Of a stretch of DNA of 64,000 nucleotides, positions 20,667-32,400 are shown in pieces (within the stretch, counting starts at the first letter, position 1; the number at the start of each line of letters is the position of its first letter). The position numbers were made by a program, and so were the translations under genes. Origin of the DNA: Myxococcota bacterium (lineage in GTDB: Bacteria > Myxococcota_A > SURF-8 > G963663525); the NCBI GenBank assembly GCA_963676915.2, contig CAXXVK010000035.1:64001-128000 (forward strand), written 5' to 3'. A model generated the notes under the pieces. It saw only the letters and a program-made list of their open reading frames with translations, had not been told where the DNA came from and made no database searches.

Positions 20667-21707
20667 ATGCAACTCGATCTTTTTCACTACGAATTACCCA
20701 CAGAACTGATCGCCCAACAACCGGTGGAACGTAGGGACGAAAGCCGGTTGATGGTTTTGGAGAAAAGTGCATCCGCTCCCATCCATAGGAAATTTCCCAA
20801 GCTGCTTGATTTTCTCCGGTCGGGGGATCTTCTTGTGATGAACGATACCCGCGTGTTTCCTGCACGCCTGGTCGGAAAAAAAACGACGGGAGGAAAAGCC
20901 GAAATTCTGCTCGTCCATCCATTGGAGCAACCCGGTTGCTGGGAAGCTATCGTCAAAGGTGTGAGTAAAATTCCCGAAGGCGGCGAAGTGCTTTTACCAG
21001 GGGATCGAAAAATGATCCTGGGCCAGCGTTTGTCTCCCAAGACCCGTGTTGTCGAGTGGAAGGAATCGATTTCCTTGCTGGACTATGCAGAAGAGTACGG
21101 AAAAATCCCATTGCCTCCCTACATTCGCCGGGAAGACGATTCCCGACGGGCGGAAGATCGTCAACGCTACCAGACGGTGTATGCAAAACATATCGGAGCG
21201 GTGGCAGCTCCGACGGCGGGTCTGCATTTCACAGACAGTATGTTGAAAGCTTTGGAGCACAAAGGTGTCCGTCAGGCCAAGGTGACTCTGCATGTAGGTC
21301 CGGGAACATTTTTACCCTTGGAAGATGAAAACCTGCGCTTGGGAAAACTGCACAAAGAATGGTTCGAAGTACCAAGAGCTACGATAGAAGCGATTCAAAA
21401 CACTCGGGAGAGTGGCGGACGGGTGGTCGCCGTTGGTACGACAACCATGCGTTCGCTGGAATCTCTACCGGATCATTCGTACGAGAATGGCTACACAGGA
21501 TGGACCGAGCTGTTTATCCGTCCAGGATTCCGCTTTCGGTTCGTCGATGCCCTCGTAACGAACTTTCATTTGCCTGAATCGTCCCTTTTGATGCTGGTTT
21601 GCGCGTTTTCAGGCAGGGAACGGGTCGTGAAGGCGTACGAGGAAGCCGTGAGAGAGCGGTACCGGTTTTTCTCTTACGGTGATGCTTGTTTCTTCGAGAA
21701 AGCGTAG
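20667..21707 (+). CDS. queA: S-adenosylmethionine:tRNA ribosyltransferase-isomerase
   Basis: FHYELPTELIAQQP, NDTRVFPARL, PLPPYI, YQTVYA, AAPTAGLHF, TNFHLPESSL, YRFFSYGDA. Confidence 0.98.
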   Translation: MQLDLFHYELPTELIAQQPVERRDESRLMVLEKSASAPIHRKFPKLLDFLRSGDLLVMNDTRVFPARLVGKKTTGGKAEILLVHPLEQPGCWEAIVKGVSKIPEGGEVLLPGDRKMILGQRLSPKTRVVEWKESISLLDYAEEYGKIPLPPYIRREDDSRRAEDRQRYQTVYAKHIGAVAAPTAGLHFTDSMLKALEHKGVRQAKVTLHVGPGTFLPLEDENLRLGKLHKEWFEVPRATIEAIQNTRESGGRVVAVGTTTMRSLESLPDHSYENGYTGWTELFIRPGFRFRFVDALVTNFHLPESSLLMLVCAFSGRERVVKAYEEAVRERYRFFSYGDACFFEKA

Positions 21708-21728
21708 AAGCCATCGAAAACATCTCGC

Positions 21729-21793
21729 GTAGGTCGGGCAAATTTCTTGCCCGACAATGACAAAGTGTCGGGCTAAAAATTAGCCCGACCTAC
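21729..21793. repeat. REP doublet (REPIN), family B
   Basis: GTAGGTCGGGCAAATTTCTTGCCCGAC-AATGACAAAGT-GTCGGGCTAAAAATTAGCCCGACCTAC. Confidence 0.9.
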
Positions 21794-21798
21794 GTTTT

Positions 21799-21979
21799 TA
21801 ACCCGCATTATTCATGAAGAATCTACTACGACTTAAAAACTCCTGATCTTTCACTCGTTTCCCGATTTTTTATACTCAACATACTATCAAGTATGCTTCC
21901 GTTAAAAAATCGCTCCAACCTCTTGAAATATCTTCGGTTTTCGGCGTCTCGTGACGATCCTCATGAATAATGCGGGTTA
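21799..21979 (+). mobile_element. ~181-bp fold-back repeat (MITE/ERIC-like), copy 2
   Basis: Perfect 19-bp terminal inverted repeat TAACCCGCATTATTCATGA / TCATGAATAATGCGGGTTA, nested internal inverted repeats. Confidence 0.85.
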
Positions 21980-22016
21980 AGAAAATATAAATAAAATCAA
22001 TTTGTTACAAACAAAT

Positions 22017-22048
22017 AAAAAAGGCCGCCTTCACTGAAGGCGGCCTTT
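22017..22048 (-). terminator. Intrinsic terminator of etfBA
   Basis: AAAGGCCGCCTTCA-C-TGAAGGCGGCCTTT hairpin with A run on + strand (U tail on - strand). Confidence 0.85.
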
Positions 22049-22068
22049 GACGTTCTAGCAGGAAAATC

Positions 22069-23031
22069 TTAGCCTTTGGCGGCCTGGATTTTTTCCGTCA
22101 GTTCGGGCAGGACGTTGAACAGGTCAGCCACGATACCGTAATCGGCCACGGAGAAGATCTGGGCTTCTTCGTCTTTGTTCACGGCTACGATGACTTTCGA
22201 GTCCTTCATACCGGCGAGGTGCTGGATGGCTCCGGAGAGTCCAACGGCGAAATACAGGCCGGGAGCCACGGTTTTACCGGTTTGGCCGACCTGATAGTCG
22301 TTGTGAATCCATCCGGCATCGACAACAGCGCGGGTAGCGCCGATGGCTGCGCCGAAGGTATCGGCCAGCTTCTCGATGATGGGCAGATTCTCGGGATCTT
22401 TGATTCCACGTCCGAAGCTGACGATGACTTCGGCTTCGGTCAGCGGCGGGCGATCGGAAACGACTTCGTCGAATTCGACGAAGGTTTTGCGCAGGGAACC
22501 GAGATCGAAAGCGGTGTCGATTTTTTCGACGTCGCTGTCACCGGATTCCGAGATGGGATCGAAAGCCGTACCACGGACGGTGACGATTTTCACGTCGGTG
22601 TCGATGGCCACTTCGGCGGTGATGTTTCCGGCGTAGATCGGGCGCAGGAAGTTTCCGGCATCGGTGACGCCGAGGATATCGCAAGCCATACCGGCCTGGT
22701 ATTTACCAGCCAGACGGGACATGACGGCTTTGCCTTGCGTGGAAGCAGCGGCGACCAGCACGGTGGCTCCGGCTTTTTCTTTCACTTCGGCCACGGCTTC
22801 GGCCCAGGACTCGTCGAAGTAGTTGTCGAATTTCGCATCGTCGGCAACGTAGACTTTGCGAGCGCCCAGTTTGGCGGCTTTGGCGGCGGTGTCGTCAAGG
22901 CCGTTTCCGACGATCACGATGTCGTAGTCCACTCCGAGTTTTTCGGCAATGGCTTTACCGCCGTTGACGGTCACGAGAGCGCCTTTACCCAGCGCACCCT
23001 TTTTATGTTCAGCAAGAATCAAAACGGACAT
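22069..23031 (-). CDS. etfA: Electron transfer flavoprotein alpha subunit
   Basis: [55 protein letters not shown]. Confidence 0.97.
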   Translation of the reverse strand: MSVLILAEHKKGALGKGALVTVNGGKAIAEKLGVDYDIVIVGNGLDDTAAKAAKLGARKVYVADDAKFDNYFDESWAEAVAEVKEKAGATVLVAAASTQGKAVMSRLAGKYQAGMACDILGVTDAGNFLRPIYAGNITAEVAIDTDVKIVTVRGTAFDPISESGDSDVEKIDTAFDLGSLRKTFVEFDEVVSDRPPLTEAEVIVSFGRGIKDPENLPIIEKLADTFGAAIGATRAVVDAGWIHNDYQVGQTGKTVAPGLYFAVGLSGAIQHLAGMKDSKVIVAVNKDEEAQIFSVADYGIVADLFNVLPELTEKIQAAKG

Positions 23032-23066
23032 TTGAATCCTCCTTGGGATGGCGTTTCGTAATCGAG

Positions 23067-23810
23067 TTACAGAACCTTGGCTTCGTCGCGAAGTTTGGCA
23101 ACCAATTCGTCCACGTCTTTGACGATGACGCCGGCAGCACGCTCGGGAGGAGCGGTCATGGCGACGATGCGGGTCTTGGGCGTTTCATCCACACCGAGAT
23201 CGGCGGGAGAAAGCGTCTCGATTTTTTTCTTTTTGGCCTTCATGATGTTGGGAAGGCTGGTGTAGCGCGGCTCGTTGAGGCGCAGGTCACAGGTGATTAC
23301 AGCGGGAAGCGTCATGTCGACCGTTTCCAGTCCGCCATCCACTTCGCGGGTCACGGTGACTTTGTCGCCATCGACATCCACTTTGCTGGCGTAGCAGGCC
23401 TGGGGCCAGCCCATCATCTCGGCAAGGATCTGTCCGGCTTGTCCGGCGTCGTTATCGGTGGACTGTTTGCCCATGATCACGAGGTCAGGCTGTTCGCGCT
23501 CGACGATTTTCGCCAGAATGTAGGCGCCGTCGTCTTCTTCGGTGTTCGCAGTCAGGCATTGGATACCGCTGATGGCACCCATGGCCAACATTTTGCGGAT
23601 CTGCGTCTGGGAAGCTTTCTCTCCCACACACATCACGATGACATCGCCACCCGTCTTTTTGGTGATGCGAAGAGCTTCTTCGCAGGCGATCTCGTCGAAG
23701 TAGTTCGGAACCCACTTCATGCCGTCGTTGCTGATGGTTTTTCCGTCATCACCGATTTTGGCTTTGATGTCCGGATCCGGCACTTGCTTACAGCTAACCA
23801 GAATTTTCAT
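23067..23810 (-). CDS. etfB: Electron transfer flavoprotein beta subunit
   Basis: MKILVSCKQVPD, NYFDEIACEEAL, GKQSTDND, REVDGG, LNEPRY. Confidence 0.97.
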   Translation of the reverse strand: MKILVSCKQVPDPDIKAKIGDDGKTISNDGMKWVPNYFDEIACEEALRITKKTGGDVIVMCVGEKASQTQIRKMLAMGAISGIQCLTANTEEDDGAYILAKIVEREQPDLVIMGKQSTDNDAGQAGQILAEMMGWPQACYASKVDVDGDKVTVTREVDGGLETVDMTLPAVITCDLRLNEPRYTSLPNIMKAKKKKIETLSPADLGVDETPKTRIVAMTAPPERAAGVIVKDVDELVAKLRDEAKVL

Positions 23811-24004
23811 TTCTCCTCCTTAGTGCTCGTTTCGATTGAAGGGAAACCGGGCGAAAACAGTTACATTGCGTTCGCAATTTCACCATATAAAAATGCCATT
23901 AGGCAAGGTTAAAGGGATACCTAACATTGCAATGGCGACTTGTCCAGAAGAAATTTTGAAATCCTATAATTGTCATGGGCGCCACGTTGAGATGTTCATA
24001 TCCT

Positions 24005-24637
24005 TTACGGTTTTGGAAGCTGCGATAGATCGTTCCAAATCCCGCGCAAAAAGAACTCGGACAACTCGTCAACAACACCTTCAATGGAATATTTATTATG
24101 TTTATTACTTAAAACAAAAAGCACCGAGATTTCGTCCATCATGCCGAAAAGGGCGCGTTTCATCAGTCCGGGAGAAACGTCTTGACGAATCAATCCCAGG
24201 TCTTTTCCTTCTTTCAACAAATCTCCCAAAACCTGCAAATAACTGTGAAATTGCTTGTTCTGGTATTCTTTCATAAACATCGTCGATTGACGCAACTCGA
24301 TGGTGATGATTTCGATCAGGTCGGGGTCTTCGCGAAGCAGACGAAAGTGAAGTTGGATGACGGCCCGGATTTTATCGGCGAGATTGTCGATGGTTTCCAA
24401 CTCTTTTCGAAGAATGCCGATCAACATCCGCATGCGATCTTCGAAAAGCGAAATTAAAATATCGTCTTTGTTGTGGAAATACAGATAGATCGTGCCGTCG
24501 GCGACATTGGCTTCTTTGGCGATCTGAGCCACCTTGGAGTTGTGGAAGCCGTTTTTCGCAAAGATCTTCTGGGCGGCGGCGAGAATTCTGTAGTATTTTT
24601 CGCCTTTTTCCCCTTGGTTTGCCGCAGCCCTTGGCAT
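24005..24637 (-). CDS. TetR/AcrR family regulator, FadR(YsiA)-like
   Basis: ILAAAQKIFAKNGFHNSKVAQIAKEANVADGTIYLYFHNKDDIL HTH and IELRQS C-terminal motif like B. subtilis FadR; upstream of etfBA; GGAG RBS before 24637. Confidence 0.92.
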   Translation of the reverse strand: MPRAAANQGEKGEKYYRILAAAQKIFAKNGFHNSKVAQIAKEANVADGTIYLYFHNKDDILISLFEDRMRMLIGILRKELETIDNLADKIRAVIQLHFRLLREDPDLIEIITIELRQSTMFMKEYQNKQFHSYLQVLGDLLKEGKDLGLIRQDVSPGLMKRALFGMMDEISVLFVLSNKHNKYSIEGVVDELSEFFLRGIWNDLSQLPKP

Positions 24638-24673
24638 GTTGAAACTCCGTCTGAAACACGATGTACGGAAAAA

Positions 24674-24728
24674 TGAATGAACCATCATTCACAATACTGT
24701 TTGTACCATTGCCACCCCACAGTGTCAA
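24674..24728 (-). promoter_or_regulatory. Sigma70-type promoter of the TetR gene plus palindromic FadR-type operator
   Basis: On - strand TTGACA (24728-24723), 17 nt, TACAAA (24705-24700), then perfect palindrome TGAATGA-N4-TCATTCA at 24674-24691. Confidence 0.8.
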
Positions 24729-24909
24729 GGTTCGAAAAATTTCTATTATCAGGTTCTTTGGGGTTGATTTTCGCTTTGTTTCTATGGCTTGTCGGAAGCA
24801 GGAAAGGAAGAATCTCCAACCCGTACCGAAAAGGCAGCATGATTTTTTGTCGGTAAAACTCGTTGATCGAGCGGTTTTCACCAGGCACTTTTCTAAGACG
24901 ATTCCCTTT

Positions 24910-24934
24910 GTCGGGTGAAAATCACCCGACCTAC
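24910..24934 (-). repeat. Single REP, family A
   Basis: GTCGGGTGAAAATCACCCGACCTAC. Confidence 0.85.
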
Positions 24935-25071
24935 CCTGTGAATCAATTTTTTCCAGAAAGACAGCCTTTTACACTCTCGGCAAAGCACGAGAAAAATCAT
25001 GATTGCATGATTGTTCGTTAGCGGATAAAGTTTGGAACGATTTTTTTCTACTTTTGATAGGAGTTTTTACG

Positions 25072-26328
25072 ATGTTCGATCACTTGTTGGATCAGGAAAC
25101 ACGAAAACTTAGAGACGAAACACGCGCCTTCGTTAAAAGTATTCCTCGGCAGATGATTCTGGACATGGATCAGGATAAAATCCTCTTCCCAAAAGAATTT
25201 CTTCAGGAAGCGGGACGTCTCAACCTGATGGGTGCCCGATATCCCAAACAGTGGGGCGGACGTGGCCTGGATTGGGTGGCCACAGCGACGACGGTCGAAG
25301 AAATCGGAACTTTGGGATACATTTTCGCCTGTGTTTTCGGTGTCGGGGCGGAGTTGGTTTGCGATGCGATCATCCAGCACGGTACCGATGCGCAAAAGGA
25401 AAAGTACGTCAAACCTCTGCTAAAGGGCGATATCTTCGCCGCCGAATGCCTGACCGAACCCCGTGGAGGCTCGGACTTTTTCGGTACAACGACCACAGCC
25501 GAGAAAAAAGACGGCTATTACCTGCTCAATGGTCAGAAGCGGTTTATCGTTGGTGCGGAAGGCGCGGATTATTTTCTCGTCTACGCCAAAACCAATCCGA
25601 ACGCCAAACCCCACGAATCTCTCACCTGCTTTATCGTCGATCGTTCTGCCGGTGTAAACGTGGAATATCTTTACGGATTGATGGGATGCCGTGGTGGTGG
25701 TGCCGGACGACTGGTGTTCAAAGACGTAAAAGTTCCTGAAGAAAACATCGTCGGAAAACTCGATGGTGCATACGCCGTATTCAACACGATGATGATCCCG
25801 GAACGACTGGGAACGGCTGCGATGACGGTGGGCGCGGCGCGTCCGGCTCTGGATATCGCCACACGGTATTCCACGCGACGCAAGGCGTTCGGCCAGGTAA
25901 TTGCGCAGTTCCAGGGCGTTAGCTTCCAGGTGGCCGAAGCCGCTATGTTGCTGGATGCCGCACGGTCGTTGGTTTATACTACCTGCCGCGCCGTGGATGA
26001 AAACGTTCCTACCAATCGCGTGCGTCGCATGGTGTCGGAAACGAAAAAATTCGTTACCGAATCTTGTCAGAAGGTCGTGCATCACGCGATGCAGGTTATG
26101 GGTGGAATCGGCTACACCAATGTTTATCCCGTCGAGCGCATGGCTCGCGATCTTCGCTTGTCGAGCATCTGGACCGGAACCAACGAAGTGATGGCGATGA
26201 TCATCGCCAGCGAGTGGTACAAGGAACAAGCAAAACTTCCCGAAGCGATGCGTCGTCGCGACATGGAAAACGACGCGGAAGAAGCCTTTGTCGACGGCGA
26301 GAAGATTTTCGACGCTTCCGATCAATAA
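25072..26328 (+). CDS. Acyl-CoA dehydrogenase
   Basis: CLTEPRGGSD, LNGQKRFI, RKAFGQVIAQFQGV, QVMGGIGY, IWTGTNEV; GGAG RBS before ATG 25072. Confidence 0.96.
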   Translation: MFDHLLDQETRKLRDETRAFVKSIPRQMILDMDQDKILFPKEFLQEAGRLNLMGARYPKQWGGRGLDWVATATTVEEIGTLGYIFACVFGVGAELVCDAIIQHGTDAQKEKYVKPLLKGDIFAAECLTEPRGGSDFFGTTTTAEKKDGYYLLNGQKRFIVGAEGADYFLVYAKTNPNAKPHESLTCFIVDRSAGVNVEYLYGLMGCRGGGAGRLVFKDVKVPEENIVGKLDGAYAVFNTMMIPERLGTAAMTVGAARPALDIATRYSTRRKAFGQVIAQFQGVSFQVAEAAMLLDAARSLVYTTCRAVDENVPTNRVRRMVSETKKFVTESCQKVVHHAMQVMGGIGYTNVYPVERMARDLRLSSIWTGTNEVMAMIIASEWYKEQAKLPEAMRRRDMENDAEEAFVDGEKIFDASDQ

Positions 26329-26381
26329 TCCGCAAAAACAAATACGAACAATACAAACAAGTTCATCAAAACTTGCAAAAG

Positions 26382-26412
26382 AAAACGCCCGGCCAATATG
26401 GTCGGGCGTTTT
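26382..26412. terminator. Bidirectional intrinsic terminator between convergent genes
   Basis: AAAACGCCCGGCCA-ATA-TGGTCGGGCGTTTT. Confidence 0.8.
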
Positions 26413-26433
26413 GGTTGAAGGTTTCGAGTCGGA

Positions 26434-29400
26434 TCAGCGGGCTTCCACCGTCAGTTCGTAGCCGCCACCGCCGCCACCGCTGGTGCTGTAGTAGTCCACG
26501 ACGATGAAATACGTACCCGTCTCGGTGGGAGTGAAGACCAGGGCTTCGTCATCACCGCCGTACGTATCGTCTACGGTATCCAGGCAGAGTTCACAGCCAC
26601 GGTTGATCCACAGGGCCGAGTCCCAGCTTGTGGTCGGATGTAGCGTGATATCATAGGTGGTTCCGGCTTGAAGTACGACTCCCCAGACGTGATCGTTACC
26701 CATGTTGCTGTAAGGATGATCGCAGCCATCCATGGAATCTCGATCCAGGTGATTGGAACTCGAACTGGAATCTCCGCTTGCCGTAGCGGTCGCACCATCG
26801 AAGGTCATGTAGCCTTCCACAAGGGAAGGATCGCACAGAGGTTCGGTGTACGGGGTAACCGACCAGTCGGTGATTTCGAACGAACTTCCGAAACCGGCAG
26901 AAACGTTATCGAAGTGGAGATACATGTCCGCCCCGGCATCCTCATCGAAAGGAATGATGATGGAGGCTGTTCCCGCCGAAGTGATCGTACTAGATCCCAG
27001 GCAGCTTTCCGAAGCGCCGCATTCCGTGCTCCAGTGAACGGCGAGGGGAGCGTTTGCCGTGAATTCGAGATTCAGTTGCGAATGGGCGTCGATGTACTTT
27101 TTGAAGACGACATCGTTGCCGGGGAAGAACTCACCGCAGGTAAAGTCGGCGGCAGCCCACGAATAATCGCTGGCAACCGGTGGAGTGAGGTTGTCGAGAT
27201 CGATGTATGTGTCGCAGGTATCGCCTTCTACCGTATCAATGGACGTAAGATTCGCAGAAAGGCTGATGGACCCCGCGAAATCGGTTTCGCTGTCCACGAT
27301 CACGTACAGGTCTACGGGTTCTCCGGAGGTGTTGGGGTAGGCGAAATCATATTCGCTTTGTCCACCGGCAGCGTAGAGACATTGGGTGGTCGCGTCGGGG
27401 GCGCATTGATCGCCCGTGACGATGTAGAGCGCGGTCTCATCTCCGCCGATGCTGTCCATATGAATGGATACACCTTCATTGTTCCCTACAGTGAGTTGGT
27501 AAACCACATCGTTACCCGAACCGGCTGTGGTCAAGCACCCGAAATCTTCCGCCGTGTAATCGTTGGTGGCTTCGGTCAAGATACCATCCACGAGCGTACC
27601 ATCGGTAGGAAGCACTGCCGGTTCGTCGCAAGTGGCGTTGGTCAACGGTGTGTAGTTGCCTACATTCACTTCGATGTAGAAGTCTCCCGCATGGCTGGTG
27701 CCGGAATAGTAACTGTCCACGAACATGAAGACGTTGGTTTGCATCCCGGTGTCGTTGATGTACAGCACCTCGTTGTCATCGGGATAATCCTGATAATGGA
27801 TACACTCGTTTTCGCCGTCCGGTGCGCAGTCGTCACCAACGACCACGTAGAATACGCCGTCTCCCGAGGTTCCCGCTTCGATGGCAGCGCCTTCGTTGGG
27901 TTCCAGAGTCGTCATGAAAACGAGATCGTTTCCGTTACCTCCACCGTACGAAGTGCAACCCCAACCTTGGGCGTTGTGATCGTGTTGTGCTTCCGCTAGG
28001 TTTCCTTCCACCCGGTTTTCTCCAGTGTCAGGATCGGGCAGTACCATCGGAGAATCACAGGATTCGTTGATGAAAGGCGGAATGTGTTCTTCGTACGTCC
28101 ACACCAGATCGAAGGTTCCTTCATCCGTTGAATAGCTTCCGTCAACGACGAAATAATACGTTACGGGGTTGGTATAGGCTTGGAAGGTCCATTCCTGAGT
28201 TTCAGTGTAGGAATAAGCCAAGCAGGAGTCGGCAATGTTCGGACAATCGGTTGAATAGTAGTTGAACATGTCGTAACCGCTCGTGATGTTTTCCAGGTGG
28301 AGAACCACACGATGGAACGGTTCGAGGTTCATCATGTAAACCAGATCCTTGCCGGCAGTTCCTCCAGCGCTGCACGAACCGCCACCGGAATATGTGTTGA
28401 ACGCTTCGACGTTGGATTGTTCATCCAAGCCGGTTTTCTTCACCCGGGGTAATACCGTCCGTCAGGTCGATGGCACCTTCACAGGTATTGTTCGGCAGGT
28501 GGCGGATCGAGCTGGACAATTGTTGCCGGCAACATCGAAGGTACCTGCGTCGTCTTCGTTGTATCCACTGACGATGAGGTAGAAGGTTTTCGGCTGATTG
28601 CTTTGGTTGACCACCGAAACTTCACCTGTATCGCTGGATGCGTAGATGGTTCTGTATCCCAGGCAACCCAGCAGATCGGTACATTCTTCGGTAATGTACA
28701 TCGACGCTTCGAAGTTTTCGGGAAGCAGGTTCGACAGCGTGAACGTTCCTTCCTGGTAGGAATCCAGGGTCAACGAGTACACAAGGTCCGGACCTTTGCC
28801 GCCGTAGAGAGCAGGTTCCCGAATTCACGTCGTACAGGTTCAGGGCGCCGGACAAGTCGCCGGGGATCGGATCCCCGCCTGGAATCAATTCGATCGGATC
28901 GCTACACGAAGTATTTTGCGGTCCGTAGTATTCCTGGAAGTCAACATCCAGGGTGTAAATACCGCCACTTGTGTCCGTACGACCGTCCACGACGAGCCAC
29001 AGGTACTGCTCGGCACCGGTGTTGTAGTACGTCAGCCGTTCGGGTGTGGATGTATTGACATCCGCTCCCATCAGACAGGACGTGGTGTCGGTGCAGTCGG
29101 TCAGCAGTACATCGAAGTGTTCCAGTTGCCGGTGGCGGTGATGCCTTCCAGCGTGGCGTCGATGTAGTACCCCGAAGGCATCAACAACATGTAGGAGACA
29201 TCCGGTCCGTCAATGTCCTGACCCGTGCAATGTTCGCCCGTTTCAGGAGTTGTGAAGTAGTTCGTTGCGTATTGGGTCGTGCCGTTGTAGACGCCTGCCT
29301 CGGAAATGAAGGTCGGCATGTCGCAGGTGTCGTTTTCAGGCGTTGCCATAGCGACGATCAACACTTCGATCACGAACGGTCCCCAATCCAAGCTGTCTTC

Positions 29401-32400
29401 GGTATCGGCGATCAGGGTCAGAGTTTGATACTCGCCGTGTCGTTTTCGTACACGAGAACGTTGGAGGAAATTTGCGCCCAGGCAGGAATCCGCGTCGTTT
29501 TCGCAGTCCTGGTCGGCAAGATATCCGTAAATGACCGGGCTGAAGGAATACGTCGCTTCCTCGCCGCGCATGATGCGCACGTTGGCAGAATATCCGGGTT
29601 CCAGTTCCAGCGTATAAGCCAGATCCGGTCCTTCGGCCGGGTCGCCGTCGAGGCAGCCATCGCTTTCACCGGTTGGAGAATGATCCTCGCTGGCGAAATC
29701 GAACGAACCTTCGTAGTAAAGATACCCGTTGACCGGAGTCAGAGTTTCCGGTTCGCCGTTGCAGAGGTCGTTGGTCGGTGTTTCGAGGAAGCCGATTTCG
29801 AACTGAATTGCGAACTCGCCCTGCTCTTCGGCATCCACACCGTCCACGATAAAGTAAAGCATCTGGGAACCGCTATCCGAAGCGTTGTTGCGGTAGAAGA
29901 TTTCCTCTCCACCGTTTCCGGAAACGTCGCGTCCCATCAGGCAGGCATCGCCGATCAGATCGGTTTCGCAATTGCCTTCACCCATAATCAGGTACATCGA
30001 AGTATCGAAGTTGGTACCTTCTTCGAGGATCGTCGCTCGTACGTACGCGCCATCGGACAGTTCCACCTGATAGGCAACGTCTTTGCCTGCCGAATCGGTG
30101 CTGCTGCACGCCCCGGAGGTGGGATTGTAATCGTTTTCGAAAATGGACGTCGTTCCGGTGAAGTTGTACGTGCCGGAGTCGCTGAGACCCAGAGATGCCG
30201 TTTCGCTGACGGCAGCGTCTTCGCAGGTGTCGTTGTCGTTGATGGAGAAATTCTTCCACAACGACATCGAGAGCGAAGGAGCCGAGGTCTTCCGCATCCA
30301 TCGAGTCCACAACGATATAGAGGTACGTGGCTTCCTCGGCGATATAGGTCAGTTCTTCACCTCCGTTGCCGTACGCATTTTGCGAAACCAGGCAGGAGGC
30401 GGGCAGGTCGTCGCGCAGCTTGTGGCTAACCACAACGCCGAGTTGAAGGTTGTGGCTTCGGTGTCGAGCTTGGCGATCATCCGTTGGTTTTCGAACAGTT
30501 GAATCGCATACACCACATCGTTACCCGGAGTCGAAACATTGCAGTCCCCAGTAACGGACGTGTAAGAGTCGGTGGTGTTGATGGTTTGTCCTTCGAGACG
30601 CACGGTTTTCGCCGAGCTCATCGATGACGATCTCCGTTGCGGTGGTGCAGTCGTTGTTGGGCATCGGCTCCAGAGAACCGAATTGGACGGTCAGAGTGTA
30701 TGGATAAGCAACGGTAGAGCTGTAGCCATCCACGATCAGGAAGTAATCTCCCGGCTCACCGACCAAGACGTTTTCGGGATTGCCCGAATCACTTCCAGCT
30801 ACACAGGTCGTATCGATGTCATTGCAATCGGTTACGACATAGATCGCAGCATCGGAGCTGTCATCCGGAGTGACCTCGGCGTAGAAGTACTCGTTTTCAC
30901 CCAGGCTGATAGCATAGGCTGTATCGGGACCGGCAGCCTGAGAATACCCGGTGCAGTCACTTTCGGAAGGAGCATAATCGTTGACCTTGTCAACGGTGGT
31001 TCCGATGTAGTCCCCACTGGTCTCGATCGGTAGGGCATTTCCACAGAACTCGCCGGGAAGCGGAGTCCAAACGGAAATGTTCAGGATGTAGTTGCCGGAT
31101 TGCGCGTCGAGCCAAGTCGGCGACTGCGTAACCATGATGATCACGTCGCTTTCTCCATCGATACTGAATCCGCTGATGGAGGAGAAGTTGCCGTCGCCGG
31201 AATCGGTCGTCGGTCCAGGTTCCGATCACTTCGCCCGTCGTTGCGTCGAGAAGAGCCAGGTAGGTATCGGTGGAACGTTTCGCAGAACGATTCCGTCGAA
31301 ACGTTCAAGAAATCATCCGCCGTGAGGTTGACTTTGTAGTAATCCGCATCGAAGGTATCCGTTGGCATCAAGGAACCGAAAACACTGGCGTTTCCGTCAT
31401 CATCGAGCGTGACCGGCTGGGCATTCTCCCATCCATACAGTCCGATTGTTTCTTCCACCATGCCTTCCGGCAGGGAAATTCCACAGCTTCCGTCGGTGCA
31501 GGCGAGCATGTCGCAAGCCGCACCCTTCTTCTTCGGTGCAGCTTTCGGAGCAATAGCCGTCCTGGCAGATGCCGCTGATGCATTCGCCGTCTTCGTTGCA
31601 CGGATCGCCTACGACCAGTTCGGGACGTTCGCAGTACCCTGAGTCGAGGCAGGTGGTCGGCACGGTGCAGGAAAGGCTGACCGGCAGGACACTGGTATTC
31701 CTGACCTTCGGGAATGCTGGTTCCGGAGATGTACGAGCAGAAGGTACCTTCGGGACAGCTCGTAGGATCGTTCGGAATGCACCCGCGTCCACAGAAGGCT
31801 CCAGATCCCGTAGGATCGGAGATGCACAGGTTTCCGTCGTTGCAATCCGAACTGTAATCGCAGGGATAGCAGATGTCGCCCGGAATCGGGACGAAGACCG
31901 GGTTGCCGGTGCAATCGGTATCTTCGGTGCAGGTTTCCGCACAAGTGCCCAACATGCATTCGTTGGAGATTGCAGTCCGCGTAGAGAGCGGCAGTTCCAG
32001 AAGGAAGGCGTTTCGGCAAAGCCCTTGATGCACAGCGGGCCGTCGTCCAGATCGTAGTCGTGGCAGACCATATCGCCGTCGGTTCCACACGCCTCGTCTA
32101 TTTCTGTACACGACTTGGAGCAGTACATGTTTCCGTTGTAAGGATCTTCGAAGCACAGTCCGCTGGTGCAATCGACGTTGTTGCGGCAGGGATCGCCCAG
32201 CGCCGTGTTGCCGACGAATGCCGGATCGACGCACTCGGAGCCGCGTGGATCTTCGTAATCGTAGCAGACGAAATCATCCGGGCAGACGTTCTCATCGTTC
32301 GAGCAATCCAGCGTACAGCGTCCGTCTTCGTTACAGAAAGCGTCGTCGTCGCCGCATTGGATGTCATCCACACAGTCTCCGCCCAGTTCGATAGCCAGCA

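Noticed and set aside
21799-21979. 6S RNA identity for the 181-bp element
   Set aside because: Size and rod shape fit, but three dispersed copies with TA-ended inverted termini and no obvious large central bubble favour a MITE-like repeat; an Rfam search is needed to exclude it fully
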